This document shows positions 38,708-48,417 of a DNA stretch of 64,000 bases, in pieces. The translations under genes were made by a program, and so were the position numbers. Every line of letters starts with the position of its first letter. The stretch's first letter is position 1. The stretch spans positions 725,754-789,753 of the forward strand of contig CAWFBP010000002.1 in the NCBI GenBank assembly GCA_963814085.1, read 5' to 3'. The notes under the pieces are model-generated. The model ran no database searches. It was given only the letters and a program-made list of their open reading frames with translations, and was not told where the DNA came from. This stretch comes from an uncultured Solirubrobacterales bacterium. Lineage in GTDB: Bacteria; Actinomycetota; Thermoleophilia; Solirubrobacterales; Solirubrobacteraceae.

Positions 38708-38902
38708 GCCCACACCCGCCGGGATGTCGAGACCAGCCCACATCCTCATCAACGTCGTCTTGCCCTCCCCCGCTGCCCGACCACACCCATCAACTCCCCC
38801 CGCGCAACCGTCAACGACACCCCAAAACACCTCCCACCGACGCCGCCCACGCCGATACCCCTTCCCAACACCCTCCAACACCAACAACACACCCTCAACC
38901 AT
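38699..38902 (-). pseudogene. N-terminal remnant of an ABC ATP-binding gene
   Basis: LEGVGKGYRRGRR...GEGKTTLMRMWAGLDIP, then stop. Confidence 0.55.
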
Positions 38903-38953
38903 CACCAACCTCCGATTCGCACCAGCCCACAGCGTATAGCCCACGCCGGCATT

Positions 38954-39769
38954 GTGCGACCCAATCCAATCAGGACCATCGCACACCGCGCGCTCGCCTT
39001 GCTGGTCGCGTTTACGTGCGTGTGGCTTGCATCCACGGCAAGAGCAGACACTGCCACGGTCGAACCGGAGGTGAAGCTAAACGCCGCGCTCTCCCCCGAG
39101 CATCTCGGGCAGGGCACCACGATCATCTTCGGCTTCACGGTCGCCACCACCACTGGGCAGGTCCCCTCCCCCCTGACCGGCCTGGACCTCTACTACCCCG
39201 ACTACCTCGGGATCGGGACCAGCGGCCTCGGCCTCGAAACATGCAGCGCCGCCACGCTGGAAGCCCACGGCTCCGAAGCCTGCCCCTCACAGTCGCAGAT
39301 GGGCTACGGCAAAGGGCTCGTCGAGATCCCTTTCGGCCCCGAAATCCTCACCGAGACCACCCAGACCACGATCTTCATGGCACACCTCCATAACGGGCAC
39401 CTCGGGCTGCTCTTCTACGCCAACGGCCACTCCCCAGTCGCCGCCCAGATCATCTTCCACGGCATCGTGCTCCCCGCCAGCAACCCCTTCGGCGGAGACC
39501 TCGCGACCACGATCCCACTTGTCCCCACCCTCCCCGAAGCACCCAACGCATCCCTCGTGCAACTGCGCTCCACCATCGGGCCACTACACCTCATCTACTA
39601 CGAACACACCCGCGGCAAAGACCGTCCCTACCACCCCCGCGGGATCGTCCTGCCGACCATCTGCCCCCACGGCGGCTTCCACTTCGCCGCCTCCTTCGCT
39701 TTCGAAGACGGCGCCCACGCCAGTGCACACACCGTGGTGCCCTGCCCTGTACGACGCAGGCGGGGTTAG
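38954..39769 (+). CDS. Secreted Cys-containing hypothetical protein
   Basis: Signal peptide ending ARA; C...CP and LPTICPHGGFHF...VPC motifs; strong GC3 bias. Confidence 0.75.
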   Translation: MRPNPIRTIAHRALALLVAFTCVWLASTARADTATVEPEVKLNAALSPEHLGQGTTIIFGFTVATTTGQVPSPLTGLDLYYPDYLGIGTSGLGLETCSAATLEAHGSEACPSQSQMGYGKGLVEIPFGPEILTETTQTTIFMAHLHNGHLGLLFYANGHSPVAAQIIFHGIVLPASNPFGGDLATTIPLVPTLPEAPNASLVQLRSTIGPLHLIYYEHTRGKDRPYHPRGIVLPTICPHGGFHFAASFAFEDGAHASAHTVVPCPVRRRRG

Positions 39770-39776
39770 CTGTCAT

Positions 39777-40211
39777 ATGTCAACCCCGACCTCGAGCCGA
39801 CAGACGAAGCGCGACATCGAGCGCGAGCAGGAGATGCACCGGCTGCGCACCGTCGACGGCTGGAGTCTGGAGGAGATCGCCAACCGGTTCAACGTTACAC
39901 GCGAGCGAGTCCGGCAGATCCTGCACAAGTACCTCGGTATGAGTGGCACGCCACCCGCCGCCAAGGCCCACATCGCCGTACGACGTAAAGCCAACGGTGC
40001 CCGAAGACGCGCAGAGATGTACGCGCAAGCGAATACCAAAGCCCACCAGGTCATCGCTGCCTGGAAGCATGGGGATGATCCGCGAGACATCGCCGACAGG
40101 CTCAGATTGACAACGGCCAGCGTCACGGAAGTCATCCGCAACCGGGCGAGCGTCGCCGATCGCGCCGCCCGGCGACGACACCGCAAACACGGTGCTGGCG
40201 TTTCGACGTGA
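39777..40211 (+). CDS. Sigma70 region-4-like HTH protein with a second HTH
   Basis: WSLEEIANRFNVTRERVRQI; DPRDIADRLRLT. Confidence 0.7.
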   Translation: MSTPTSSRQTKRDIEREQEMHRLRTVDGWSLEEIANRFNVTRERVRQILHKYLGMSGTPPAAKAHIAVRRKANGARRRAEMYAQANTKAHQVIAAWKHGDDPRDIADRLRLTTASVTEVIRNRASVADRAARRRHRKHGAGVST

Positions 40212-40224
40212 TCGCGCCTGGAGA

Positions 40225-40420
40225 CCGCTAACGCTGCCCTCTGACCAGCGGGGCGGCTTGCTTTGGGAGAACGTTGAGGGCGGTAGCTGCCGCCCTCAAC
40301 GTCACGCCGGCGACCGCCGCCAACGGCTGGCGGCACCGCCCAGACAAGCGTGGCACGCGCCCCCTCCCGCCGATGGCTGGAAGATCGCTCTTTCGCGCGC
40401 ACCGCCAGCCTCGATGGCTG
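40225..40420 (+). pseudogene. Decayed IS481-like transposase N-terminus
   Basis: ANAAL..., RAVAAALNVTPATA..W and EDRSFRAHRQPR across frameshifts. Confidence 0.5.
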
Positions 40421-40525
40421 TCGGTAGCTGATAAGCAGTCGATCCTGCATGCCCGGCAATTTTTGTTCCGGACACCTGGCCAGACTCTGCCGACAGCCAC
40501 CCTCTCACGCCTCGGATCGGGGGGC

Positions 40526-40546
40526 GTTGCCCCAGGGGTTGCCCCA
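40526..40546. repeat. Tandem GTTGCCCCA x2 (12-bp period), integrase arm-type-site-like
   Basis: About 75 bp from the tRNA-Ile2 fragment. Confidence 0.5.
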
Positions 40547-40619
40547 AGGCCACTTTCCCGGAACTCACTCGACTCCCCCTACCCCACGAATCACATACAA
40601 ACGAGCCAAATCTTGCCAA

Positions 40620-40661
40620 TGGGCCCGGCAGGACTCGAACCTGCGACCTAGCGATTATGAG
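40620..40661 (-). pseudogene. 3' half of tRNA-Ile2/Met (CAT anticodon); att site
   Basis: Minus strand CTCATAA TCGCT AGGTC GCAGG TTCGAGT CCTGC CGGGCCCA; 5' half absent. Confidence 0.85.
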
Positions 40662-40745
40662 GAGCTCGCCGCGCTGCAGGTGCTCGGCGTGGACCCCGTC
40701 AAGCACCTCGTCATCCGTTTCCTCGCCTGAGGTTCGCCACGGGCT
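40659..40745 (+). pseudogene. Internal fragment of a YrbE/MlaE ABC permease gene
   Basis: EELAALQVLGVDPVKHLVIRFLA resembles the conserved MlaE motif (EELDAL..LGVDPV..LV.PRF.A). Confidence 0.65.
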
Positions 40746-40810
40746 CGGCGAGAATCCCGCCAAAGAGAAAGAATGGGAACGCGTAAGACGTTGAGCAGGC
40801 TCGTCAACGG

Positions 40811-42922
40811 CTACCCGGCGCCGTGGGGCGAGCGGCTCTGGCGCGCTGGGATGCAGCGATCCTGACTCACTGGCGCGCATACTGGCGCGCAGCGCCACCA
40901 AGAAAGCGAAAACCCCGCGATTTGCAGGGTCTTCGTCAGTACCGCCAACGGGATTCGAACCCGTGTTACCGCCGTGAGAGGGCGGCGTCCTAGTCCCCTA
41001 GACGATGGCGGCCAGCACAAGAGGAGATCCGAGGCTAGCAAAGTGAGACGCTGCGCAGCCTTGGGGAGACGCCAGCCCGAGGGACAGTTCTTGCGATATC
41101 GTCGCTCCACCACATGCGGATGTGGCGGAATTGGTAGACGCGCACGGTTCAGGTCCGTGTGGACGTAAGTCCGTGGAGGTTCGAGTCCTCTCATCCGCAC
41201 CAAATTGATCGCATCACAACCTCCACGAAACGAAGGGGCCGGAGGTCCCCCTGCGCCCACGAGGAGCTGTTCGGGCTCCCGTGGGCGCTGTGCGTTGTCT
41301 GCTTCGTCCTGCCCGGCCCCGTTACGGCGGGCTTGCTCGATGACCTCGCGTAGGTCTTCCTCGGCCTTGATGGCGGCTGCCAGGCGCAGTTCGTTGCTCA
41401 GGATGGCGTCGAAGGGCTCGGCCAACTCGCCCCGGACGCCGTACTCGTCGTCGATGAGCAGGGCCTTGAAGAAGGCCAAGTTGAACTGCCGGCGGACCTT
41501 GGCTGGGGCTTCCCGGTAGGCCCTCTCGCAGTCGCCGACCAGCGACAGGGCGCGCTCCAGGTTGGTCGCGGCCTTCTGGAAGTCGCCTTCGATCTCGGCC
41601 AGCCTGCCTTCAGTGTTGGCAATCTCCACGGCGATCCGGTCCTGCTCGCTCTTGAGCAGGTCCAGCGGAACGGCCCCGGCGAGGTGGGCATCGAGCAGCG
41701 CTTTCCGCTCGACTTCCAGCTTGCGCTTGCGCCGCCCCTGGGCGGTACGTTCGCGCTGAGCGTCGGCCCGGAGCGTGGACAGTTCTTCGCCGAGGAAGGC
41801 CCGCAGGGTGGCGACCTCCTTCTCTGGCAGCTGCACGCTCGCGTAGTACGCCGCGACGGCGGCCTCGGTCTTCTCGATGCGGACGGCCCGCTGGGTGCAG
41901 TTGGTACGCCCCTGCTGGCGGCCGATGCAGACGAAGTAGGGATAGGTGCCGCCGCGTCCTTTGGCGTGGTTGACGATCAGGCGACTGCCGCACTGCCCAC
42001 AGAAGATGCTGCCCTTGAGGTAGTGGGGATGCTCGCGCTGCTTTTCGCCGGCGAAGTTCTTGGCGGAGAGCAGATTCTGGACCTGCCGCCAGACCTCGGG
42101 CGTGACGAGCGGATCGTGCTTGCCCTGGTAGATCGCCCCCTGGTAGCGCACCATGCCGATGTAGTAGGGGTGGCGCAGGAGCTTGTGCAGGTGCGAGACG
42201 GTCAGCGGCCTACCGAGGCTCCGGGGGCCGGGCGCGGTCGTCAGCCCGCGGCGGGTCAGCTCGGCCAGCAGGCGGCGGATCGTCCAGTCGCCGGTCGCAT
42301 AGGCCTTGAACGCCCATGCGATGAGTGGCCCGCGCTCGGGATCGACTTCGACCGTGCGGCTTTCGCGGCCGTTCTCGAAGCGCCGGACATTCAGGTAGCC
42401 GGTCGGCGCGCGCCCTGGGGTGCCGCCGTTCTTGGCCTTCTGCACGCAGCCCTTGATGACCTCGGTGGCGAGGTTGCGCGAGTAGAACTCGGCGATCGAG
42501 GACATGATGCCGTGCAGCAGCAGACCGGATGGGGTCTGGTCGATGTTCTCGCTGACGGACACCAGTTCCGCACCGGCCTGCTGGATCGCCAGGTTGATCG
42601 TCACGTCATCAGCCCGGTTGCGCGCGAGGCGATCGACCTTGTGGACGATGACGTATTTGACGGGGTGCTCGGCGATGTAAGCGAGCATCCGTTGCAGTTC
42701 GGGCCGGTCGGCGGTCTTGGCGGACTCGCCGCGCTCCACGAACTCTTCAGCCACCATCGCGCGCAGACCGGCGGCCTTGCGCTTGCAGCCCTCCCGCTGA
42801 GCCGGGATGGAGAAGCCCTCAGCTTCGCCGCCCTTCTCGGCCTGCTCCTTGCTGGACACGCGCAGATAGATAACCGCCGCCGCTCCCTCATCATGCTCGA
42901 CGTGATTTTCCAATGTTTTCAT
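40811..42922 (-). CDS. Large serine recombinase (integrase); ORF reads through both tRNAs
   Basis: YLRVSS, VHKVDRLAR, recombinase domain, zinc ribbon CGQC...C...C, coiled coil; LVRMRGLEP is the antisense of the tRNA-Leu 3' end. Confidence 0.93.
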   Translation of the reverse strand: MKTLENHVEHDEGAAAVIYLRVSSKEQAEKGGEAEGFSIPAQREGCKRKAAGLRAMVAEEFVERGESAKTADRPELQRMLAYIAEHPVKYVIVHKVDRLARNRADDVTINLAIQQAGAELVSVSENIDQTPSGLLLHGIMSSIAEFYSRNLATEVIKGCVQKAKNGGTPGRAPTGYLNVRRFENGRESRTVEVDPERGPLIAWAFKAYATGDWTIRRLLAELTRRGLTTAPGPRSLGRPLTVSHLHKLLRHPYYIGMVRYQGAIYQGKHDPLVTPEVWRQVQNLLSAKNFAGEKQREHPHYLKGSIFCGQCGSRLIVNHAKGRGGTYPYFVCIGRQQGRTNCTQRAVRIEKTEAAVAAYYASVQLPEKEVATLRAFLGEELSTLRADAQRERTAQGRRKRKLEVERKALLDAHLAGAVPLDLLKSEQDRIAVEIANTEGRLAEIEGDFQKAATNLERALSLVGDCERAYREAPAKVRRQFNLAFFKALLIDDEYGVRGELAEPFDAILSNELRLAAAIKAEEDLREVIEQARRNGAGQDEADNAQRPREPEQLLVGAGGPPAPSFRGGCDAINLVRMRGLEPPRTYVHTDLNRARLPIPPHPHVVERRYRKNCPSGWRLPKAAQRLTLLASDLLLCWPPSSRGLGRRPLTAVTRVRIPLAVLTKTLQIAGFSLSWWRCAPVCAPVSQDRCIPARQSRSPHGAG
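40869..40933. repeat. ACTGGCGCGCA x2 (12-bp period) plus hairpin at the tRNA-Glu 3' end; attL-like
   Basis: Copies at 40869-40879 and 40881-40891; AAAACCCCGC...GCAGGGTCTT stem. Confidence 0.5.
40940..41012 (-). tRNA. tRNA-Glu (CTC)
   Basis: GCCGCCATCGTCTAG...CCGCC CT CTC AC GGCGG...GGTTCGAATCCC...GGCGGTA; full cloverleaf. Confidence 0.97.
41116..41202 (+). tRNA. tRNA-Leu (CAG)
   Basis: GCGGATG...GGAATTGGTAGAC...CACGG TT CAG GT CCGTG, long variable arm, GGTTCGAGTCC, CATCCGCACCA. Confidence 0.97.
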
Positions 42923-43380
42923 ACGCCGCTCCTTTCGATGGTTGATGAGACAGCCCGGGCGTTCGCTGCCAGTTGGGCAGATGCGCATATCACGCCTTGC
43001 AGTAGCAGCGGGTCGGCCGTCTCGCCGCTAGCCGACAGTAGTGCCACGCCCGCCTGGGTTATGGCCTGCCTGATGGCCGCGTCGTCGGCCGAGTTGCGCG
43101 CCAGGCGGCTACGGTCGCTCACTATGAGATATGCGACAGGTCGCCTACGGATGAAGGCGAGCAGGTGATCGAGTCCGGGGCGGCTTGTGATATTGCCGGA
43201 CACACCCATGTCCATGAACTCCGCCGCTATCCTGACGCCGACTCTTTCGGCCTCCTGCTCGCAGGCGTCGTGCTGCATAGAGACACCGCTTGCTTGATCG
43301 CCCTTGTCTTTCGACGCGACCCGCAGATAACTAACTGCTATCGCCCCCTTGGGGTTTTCCGGTTCACTTATCCTTTTCAT
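42919..43380 (-). CDS. Stand-alone resolvase-domain protein lacking the canonical catalytic Ser
   Basis: YLRVAS, DMGVSG...RPGL, DRSRLARN; overlaps the integrase start. Confidence 0.8.
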   Translation of the reverse strand: MKRISEPENPKGAIAVSYLRVASKDKGDQASGVSMQHDACEQEAERVGVRIAAEFMDMGVSGNITSRPGLDHLLAFIRRRPVAYLIVSDRSRLARNSADDAAIRQAITQAGVALLSASGETADPLLLQGVICASAQLAANARAVSSTIERSGV

Positions 43381-43639
43381 GGTTTACCTCCCGTCTGCTT
43401 GTGGCGCCTTTGATAATAAATGGAATGTTGTTAAGTGTACTACACTCGCTTTCCGTGGCAAAAAAGTTAACACAATCCTCACATTGGTTCCGTTGTCTTT
43501 GTACTGGTATATTCATGGCGTTATCTCCTTTCGTTTACTACTGGTGGTGTAAGTGGCAGGGGCATCCATAAGACTAGGTTCGCGGTTAGGCGAATCAGGT
43601 CAAATGGAGCCCCTGCCAGGGTGGGAAGTGGTTACTTGC

Positions 43640-43963
43640 TCAGCTTGTGGCTGACTCACCTCCCTTGTCGCGGGCTTTCCGCTGGGACGCTTTGGCGTCT
43701 GCGGTGGTGCCTGCGTCCGATGCGGCCTCTTCCTCGCTGAATAGCGAGGTGATGGCGTCGCGTCGGGTGGCGGCGTCGCGCTCGATGTCTGCGAGCACGG
43801 ACTCCAACCTTGCCTTTAGCTCGGGCTGGCTGCGCTTGGAGGTGATGTACCCATCGACGGCCTGTTTGAGGGCGTCGGAGACGGGCATTTCCTCCAGCTG
43901 TGCCAGTATGGTGAGCTGGGCGTGTGTGTCATCCTCCAACTTGATCGCTAGTGTCTTGGGCAC
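43640..43963 (-). CDS. Ribbon-helix-helix-like DNA-binding protein
   Basis: KTLAIKLEDDTHAQLTILAQLEEMPVSDALKQAV; GTG start with GGAGG. Confidence 0.7.
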   Translation of the reverse strand: MPKTLAIKLEDDTHAQLTILAQLEEMPVSDALKQAVDGYITSKRSQPELKARLESVLADIERDAATRRDAITSLFSEEEAASDAGTTADAKASQRKARDKGGESATS

Positions 43964-44091
43964 GAGCCGACCTCCGGTTGGGGGATGGTGAGTGTGTAAC
44001 CCATTGGTGGGATACCTCCTCGGTGTTTTTGCGACCGGCGATTCCCGGATGGAATCTCCTATTGAAGCCGCAGCACACCGACGAGCCGACC

Positions 44092-45099
44092 TCATGCGGT
44101 GAGCCTCGGTGCTGTGCGCGCCGCCCTGATCCGCTGTCTGGCGATAGCCGCGAAGGCGGGGTTTAGTTCGATGCCGAGCCAGTCCCGCCCGTACTGTTCG
44201 GCTACCAGCCCGACGGTGCCGGCGCCAAAGAACGGATCGAGCACAAGCCCGGCTCGCCAAGCCTGTTTACAGGTGCATGTCGGTTGCAGGGCACGGCGCG
44301 TGGTGCGGCTTGGTGGGCGTTGCCACGGTTGCCCGCAGGTGCAGCAGACCCGTTCGGGGCAGGTTGCCAGCAGCGGCCGGGTAACGAGCGACGCGGGGAA
44401 GGTGGCGAAGTGAGCCCCACGGAAGTTGGACACCGCCGTTGTCCATACGTCGCCGGGATTCTTGCCCCGGGGATGCCCCACCAGTCCGCGCGCCTTCAGG
44501 CTTGATAGGCCAGTATGGCTGCCGGCCAGCGGGCCGCCCCAGCCCTCCGGCGTAACTCCTTTCGGCGGGTAGCCGTCTGCGGCCGTCCGGTAGGGCGCCC
44601 TTGGGATGGAACGATGCGGCACGCGGATGGCGTCCAGGTCGAAGAAGTAGCTCCGAGCGCGAACCAGCAGATAGACCGTCTCCCAGGTGCAGGCCAGACG
44701 ATCACCGACACTCGTCGGCATGGTGTTACGTTTCACCCAGGCAACGCGGTTACGCACAATCCAGCCGTCGCGGCAGAGCGCCAGCACGAGGCGTTCGGGT
44801 CCAAGCAGCAGGCTCTTGGGCGGTGTCCCGTAGCGGGTGTGGCGGCTGTAGCTGTCGCCGACGTTCAGCCACACCGACCCGCCCGGTTTCAGCACGCGGG
44901 CGACATCGCGCATCACCAGACGCAGCTCGTCCGCCCAGGCCTCGATGTTGGCCTCCAAGCCGATCTGCTCCGGGCGGCCATAGTTGCGAAGCTGAAAGTA
45001 CGGCGGGGAGGTCATCACGCAGTCCACCGACCCGGCCGGCAGCTCGGCCAACCGCTGGCGCACATCACCAACGAGCACCACGTTTCGCGGCAGGCTCAC
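44092..45099 (-). CDS. Beta-class N4/N6 DNA methyltransferase (orphan)
   Basis: TSPPYF, RVLKPGGS, HFATFP, CxxC/CxC insert, LDPFFGAGTVG, GIEL. Confidence 0.92.
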   Translation of the reverse strand: MSLPRNVVLVGDVRQRLAELPAGSVDCVMTSPPYFQLRNYGRPEQIGLEANIEAWADELRLVMRDVARVLKPGGSVWLNVGDSYSRHTRYGTPPKSLLLGPERLVLALCRDGWIVRNRVAWVKRNTMPTSVGDRLACTWETVYLLVRARSYFFDLDAIRVPHRSIPRAPYRTAADGYPPKGVTPEGWGGPLAGSHTGLSSLKARGLVGHPRGKNPGDVWTTAVSNFRGAHFATFPASLVTRPLLATCPERVCCTCGQPWQRPPSRTTRRALQPTCTCKQAWRAGLVLDPFFGAGTVGLVAEQYGRDWLGIELNPAFAAIARQRIRAARTAPRLTA

Positions 45100-45917
45100 G
45101 GTTGCCCTCCCGTCAGGACCGTCAAGGCCTGCTCACTGGTAGCCACCACGAACAGCCGATCCGGCAGGTGGCGGTCGTGTTCGATGGCCTGCCGCAGTCG
45201 CTCGGCGCGCTTTATGTCGGGCACGATCCAGCAGACCGTCGGGAAGACTCCTTCTCCGTGCTTGGCCTGCTCCTGGCCGCTCTGGTAGTAGTCGGCATAG
45301 AGGTGGCACTTGCGCAGGATTACCGGCACGGACTCGCTGCCCCGGTCGATCTCGCAGAACCAGCGCCACTCAAAGGCTCCAACCCCGAGGGCGAGAAAAG
45401 CATCAGGGCGCAGCACCCGCCGCCCGCCGAGCCCCGAGAACTCCCGATGACAACGCGGCTCGGACTGGCAGACGAGGATGTCCAGCAGGCCACGGCGCGA
45501 AGCGATCGTCACATCCACGATGAGCTGCGCTGTAGCGAGCGTGTGATCGAGAAAACGACTGGTCGGCTCCTGAAACCGCCGCCCTTGACCACCGGCCGCC
45601 AGCAGCCGATGTCCGACCGGCCCGATGGCGAACACGAAACCGGCAGAGCCAGCCCGCACACCGCCGATCCTTCGCTCCAAGCGGATCAGCAGGCGATCAC
45701 GCACCAACCGCCCGAGCACCCGCTGGCGAGCCCGCGCTGCCGCCGATTGACTGTCGTGCTCGGAGGCCGGGAAGTGGATGGCCTCGATCTGCCGGGCGCT
45801 CATCAGCCGCAGATCTGCGACCTGCCCGACGATCGCCAAGTCCCTCCCCGACAGCCGCTCCCGCAGCTGCACAAGCCCTTTGGCCGAAACGTAGGGCCGC
45901 AGCCCGCAGGCGCTCAC
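45096..45917 (-). CDS. Replication-relaxation (Replic_Relax) family protein
   Basis: LSGRDLAI, DHTLA, LRPDA, FCEIDRGSE. Confidence 0.85.
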   Translation of the reverse strand: MSACGLRPYVSAKGLVQLRERLSGRDLAIVGQVADLRLMSARQIEAIHFPASEHDSQSAAARARQRVLGRLVRDRLLIRLERRIGGVRAGSAGFVFAIGPVGHRLLAAGGQGRRFQEPTSRFLDHTLATAQLIVDVTIASRRGLLDILVCQSEPRCHREFSGLGGRRVLRPDAFLALGVGAFEWRWFCEIDRGSESVPVILRKCHLYADYYQSGQEQAKHGEGVFPTVCWIVPDIKRAERLRQAIEHDRHLPDRLFVVATSEQALTVLTGGQP

Positions 45918-46254
45918 AACTCACCCCCATTCCTGCGCTCATTCGCCGCAGTAGCAGGGTGGAGTGAAGGTGTTGGCGCAGGCGTCAGCTTCGACGCGAC
46001 CCGACGGCCACCCACCGACGCAGCCGGCAGCCACCCCGCCGCAGACAACCACCCGGCAGGCAGCGACCGGGCGTCCGCTACTGGACAGCGACCAACTGGG
46101 CGAGCTGGGCGATCGGGGCGTCCGCCGCCGGGTAGGAAAAGAAGGAGTGAACAGCGAGAGACTTTCGCCGCAAATGTTGGGGCGCTTTCCCCTTGAATAC
46201 AGGCGATATGGGCAGGCGCGATCGACCCGACACGACTAGCGACACGACACCGGC

Positions 46255-48417
46255 TCATAGGTCGCCTCCGTGATCCCGCCGCCGGGGGCCAAGGTCATCA
46301 GTCGCCGTCTGTCGCTTCGGCATGACCAGCGCCTCAATATCCGCTTCGACCTCAGCGCGCGGGGTGCCGTAGGCAGCACGGGAGGCTGCCCGCACCACGG
46401 ACGGATCACTGCTCGGCGCAGGAGCCGGCAGGGTACGTCCGCTGCACCACGGCTGCACCGCCGAGCCCGAGACCAGCTGGACGTAGCACTCAAACGCACC
46501 GAGACCTTGGAAGTCCTCCGGGTCAAGGGCGCTACCGGCAGCGACCACGCGGGCGTCCTCGCTGGGAAGTCGGAAGGCAACCCGCGACTGGGCGTTCACC
46601 TGCACGGCGGAGCGTGTCGCGGCGTCGAGCTGGTTCATGTACTGGTGGGCGAGCACGAACCCGGCGCCCAAGCCGCGCGCCTGGGCCAAGGCGTCGGCGA
46701 AGTCGAGCGGCAACCGCAGATAGTCCTGGAACTCATCGACGTAAACGAAGACGGGATGGCGGCGTTCCGGCGAGATAGTGGAGCGGCCGAGGATGGCCTG
46801 CCAAAGCTGCGACACGATGAGGCTGCCGAGCAGCGCCGCCGTCTCCGGCCCGAGTTGCCCGCGGGCGAGGTTGACCAGCACGATCTTGCGCTCGGTGAAG
46901 ATCTGGCGCAGGTCGAAACGGGGTTTGGTCTGGCCGAGGATCGCCCGCAGTTCCGGCCGCATCAGCAGTGGCCGCAACTTGTTCATGGTGGGCGCGATGG
47001 CCGTGGTGCGCTCCGGTTCGCTCCAGGCCTCGAACGCGCTCCAGAACGGCGCCAGCCCGATCGGATCGGCCACCTTCGGAACGACCCGACGGCGAAAACT
47101 CGCGTCGGTCAATAGCGGCACCAACGCGGGCAGCGACATGTCCGGCAGCCGCGCCAAGCTCAGCAGCGACGCCCCCAGAATGTCGGCTGTCCTTGGCCCC
47201 CAATGGGCCGCATACAGGGCATGGAAAAGACCGAGCAACTGGTCGGCTACCAGCTCCGGCGAGCGGCCACCACGCTGGAGCGGATTCAGGCCGACCGGCC
47301 GCGTGGCGTCGGTCGCGTCGATCAGCACCACATCCTGAATACGGTCGGACGGGATGCGCTCGAGGACATCGGCGATCAGATCGCCCTTGGGCTCGACGAC
47401 GACCACGGCGCGGCCGGCACCGATGTCCTGGGCGATCAGGTTCAGCAGCAGCGTCGACTTGCCCGAACCGGTGGGGCCGACGACGTGCAGGTGGCGCAGC
47501 GAGTCGGTGGCCGTTAGCGCCAGCGGTCTCTTTCGTCCTGGAAAGGTGCTCTCTCCCACGATCCGTCCCGAACGGCGAATCGCCGCCGCCGGTGCTACCT
47601 GGCTGCTGCTGATCGCATCTACCGGCAACTCCTCCGTTTTGCCGGCCGGCCAGGCGGCGAGCACGGCCAGCTCGCCGACGTTCAACCTGAGCGGTGCTCG
47701 CCAGGGTATGACCGGGCGGGTAAAGCGCCGCGGGTTTGACGAGCGGACCCGAAAGCCAACGCCGGGCGCCTCGGCACTACGCAGCGCCCCGAGTACAGCT
47801 CGGATCAACTGACGCTGGCGAGTCCTCGATTCTGCCTGTACCGCCAGGCGTCCGGTCATCCGCCAGCCGGGATCGCCTTGCTTGCTCCTGATGGCGCCGC
47901 TTAGCTCGGCGTCTGGAGGCTGGGCAAGGCCCACTGGAGCCGTCAACAATCCCTTGATCCATGACTCATGCGCCAGAGCGCCAGGGCGGCTGGGCACTGC
48001 CAGCGCGACCACCGGGCGGACAAGGACCCACTGCAACCCGATCGCCTCATCACGGCCGACGTGCGCCAGAGCCGTTATGACGGCCCGGCTGACTCCCTCT
48101 AGGTCATCGGTGCGCAGTGGCCGCCGGCACGTTGAAAGGCCAAGCTCGACCGCCCGGTTCATGCCCGTTACGGGCCGCTCGTGCGTGGCCTCGGCAGCCA
48201 GTCCCGGCAGGGCCGAGCGCATCTGATTGACCACACTACCGGCGCGTCCCTCCAGCACGGCGAGGCGGTGTGTTACCACGCCCGCCTTACCGACAGTCTC
48301 GACCACTACCGGTGTTCCCGCCGTTACCGCCAGCAGCCGAAAAATCTGTGATATTTGCTCAGACTTCACCTCACGCGGCCAGGTCAGCCGATACCAAACT
48401 AAGTCCGTAGCCTTCAT
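46255..48417 (-). CDS. Type IV coupling-protein-like ATPase (VirD4/TrwB)
   Basis: HLHVVGPTGSGKS, EPKGDL, YVDEFQ, QARGLG...LAHQ. Confidence 0.88.
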   Translation of the reverse strand: MKATDLVWYRLTWPREVKSEQISQIFRLLAVTAGTPVVVETVGKAGVVTHRLAVLEGRAGSVVNQMRSALPGLAAEATHERPVTGMNRAVELGLSTCRRPLRTDDLEGVSRAVITALAHVGRDEAIGLQWVLVRPVVALAVPSRPGALAHESWIKGLLTAPVGLAQPPDAELSGAIRSKQGDPGWRMTGRLAVQAESRTRQRQLIRAVLGALRSAEAPGVGFRVRSSNPRRFTRPVIPWRAPLRLNVGELAVLAAWPAGKTEELPVDAISSSQVAPAAAIRRSGRIVGESTFPGRKRPLALTATDSLRHLHVVGPTGSGKSTLLLNLIAQDIGAGRAVVVVEPKGDLIADVLERIPSDRIQDVVLIDATDATRPVGLNPLQRGGRSPELVADQLLGLFHALYAAHWGPRTADILGASLLSLARLPDMSLPALVPLLTDASFRRRVVPKVADPIGLAPFWSAFEAWSEPERTTAIAPTMNKLRPLLMRPELRAILGQTKPRFDLRQIFTERKIVLVNLARGQLGPETAALLGSLIVSQLWQAILGRSTISPERRHPVFVYVDEFQDYLRLPLDFADALAQARGLGAGFVLAHQYMNQLDAATRSAVQVNAQSRVAFRLPSEDARVVAAGSALDPEDFQGLGAFECYVQLVSGSAVQPWCSGRTLPAPAPSSDPSVVRAASRAAYGTPRAEVEADIEALVMPKRQTATDDLGPRRRDHGGDL

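Larger units (their letters stand above)
1..40661. mobile_element. Integrative conjugative element (ICE)-like region; left end outside the window
   Basis: Conjugation operon at 1-7287; right boundary marked by a tRNA-Ile2 3' half plus tandem arm-like repeats; no housekeeping genes in between. Whether all cargo belongs to one element is inferred. Confidence 0.6.

Noticed and set aside
40620-40661. tRNA-Ile(CAT) split by a group I intron
   Set aside because: The fragment keeps the whole anticodon loop, the adjacent DNA is MlaE-like coding sequence, and no 5' exon was found.
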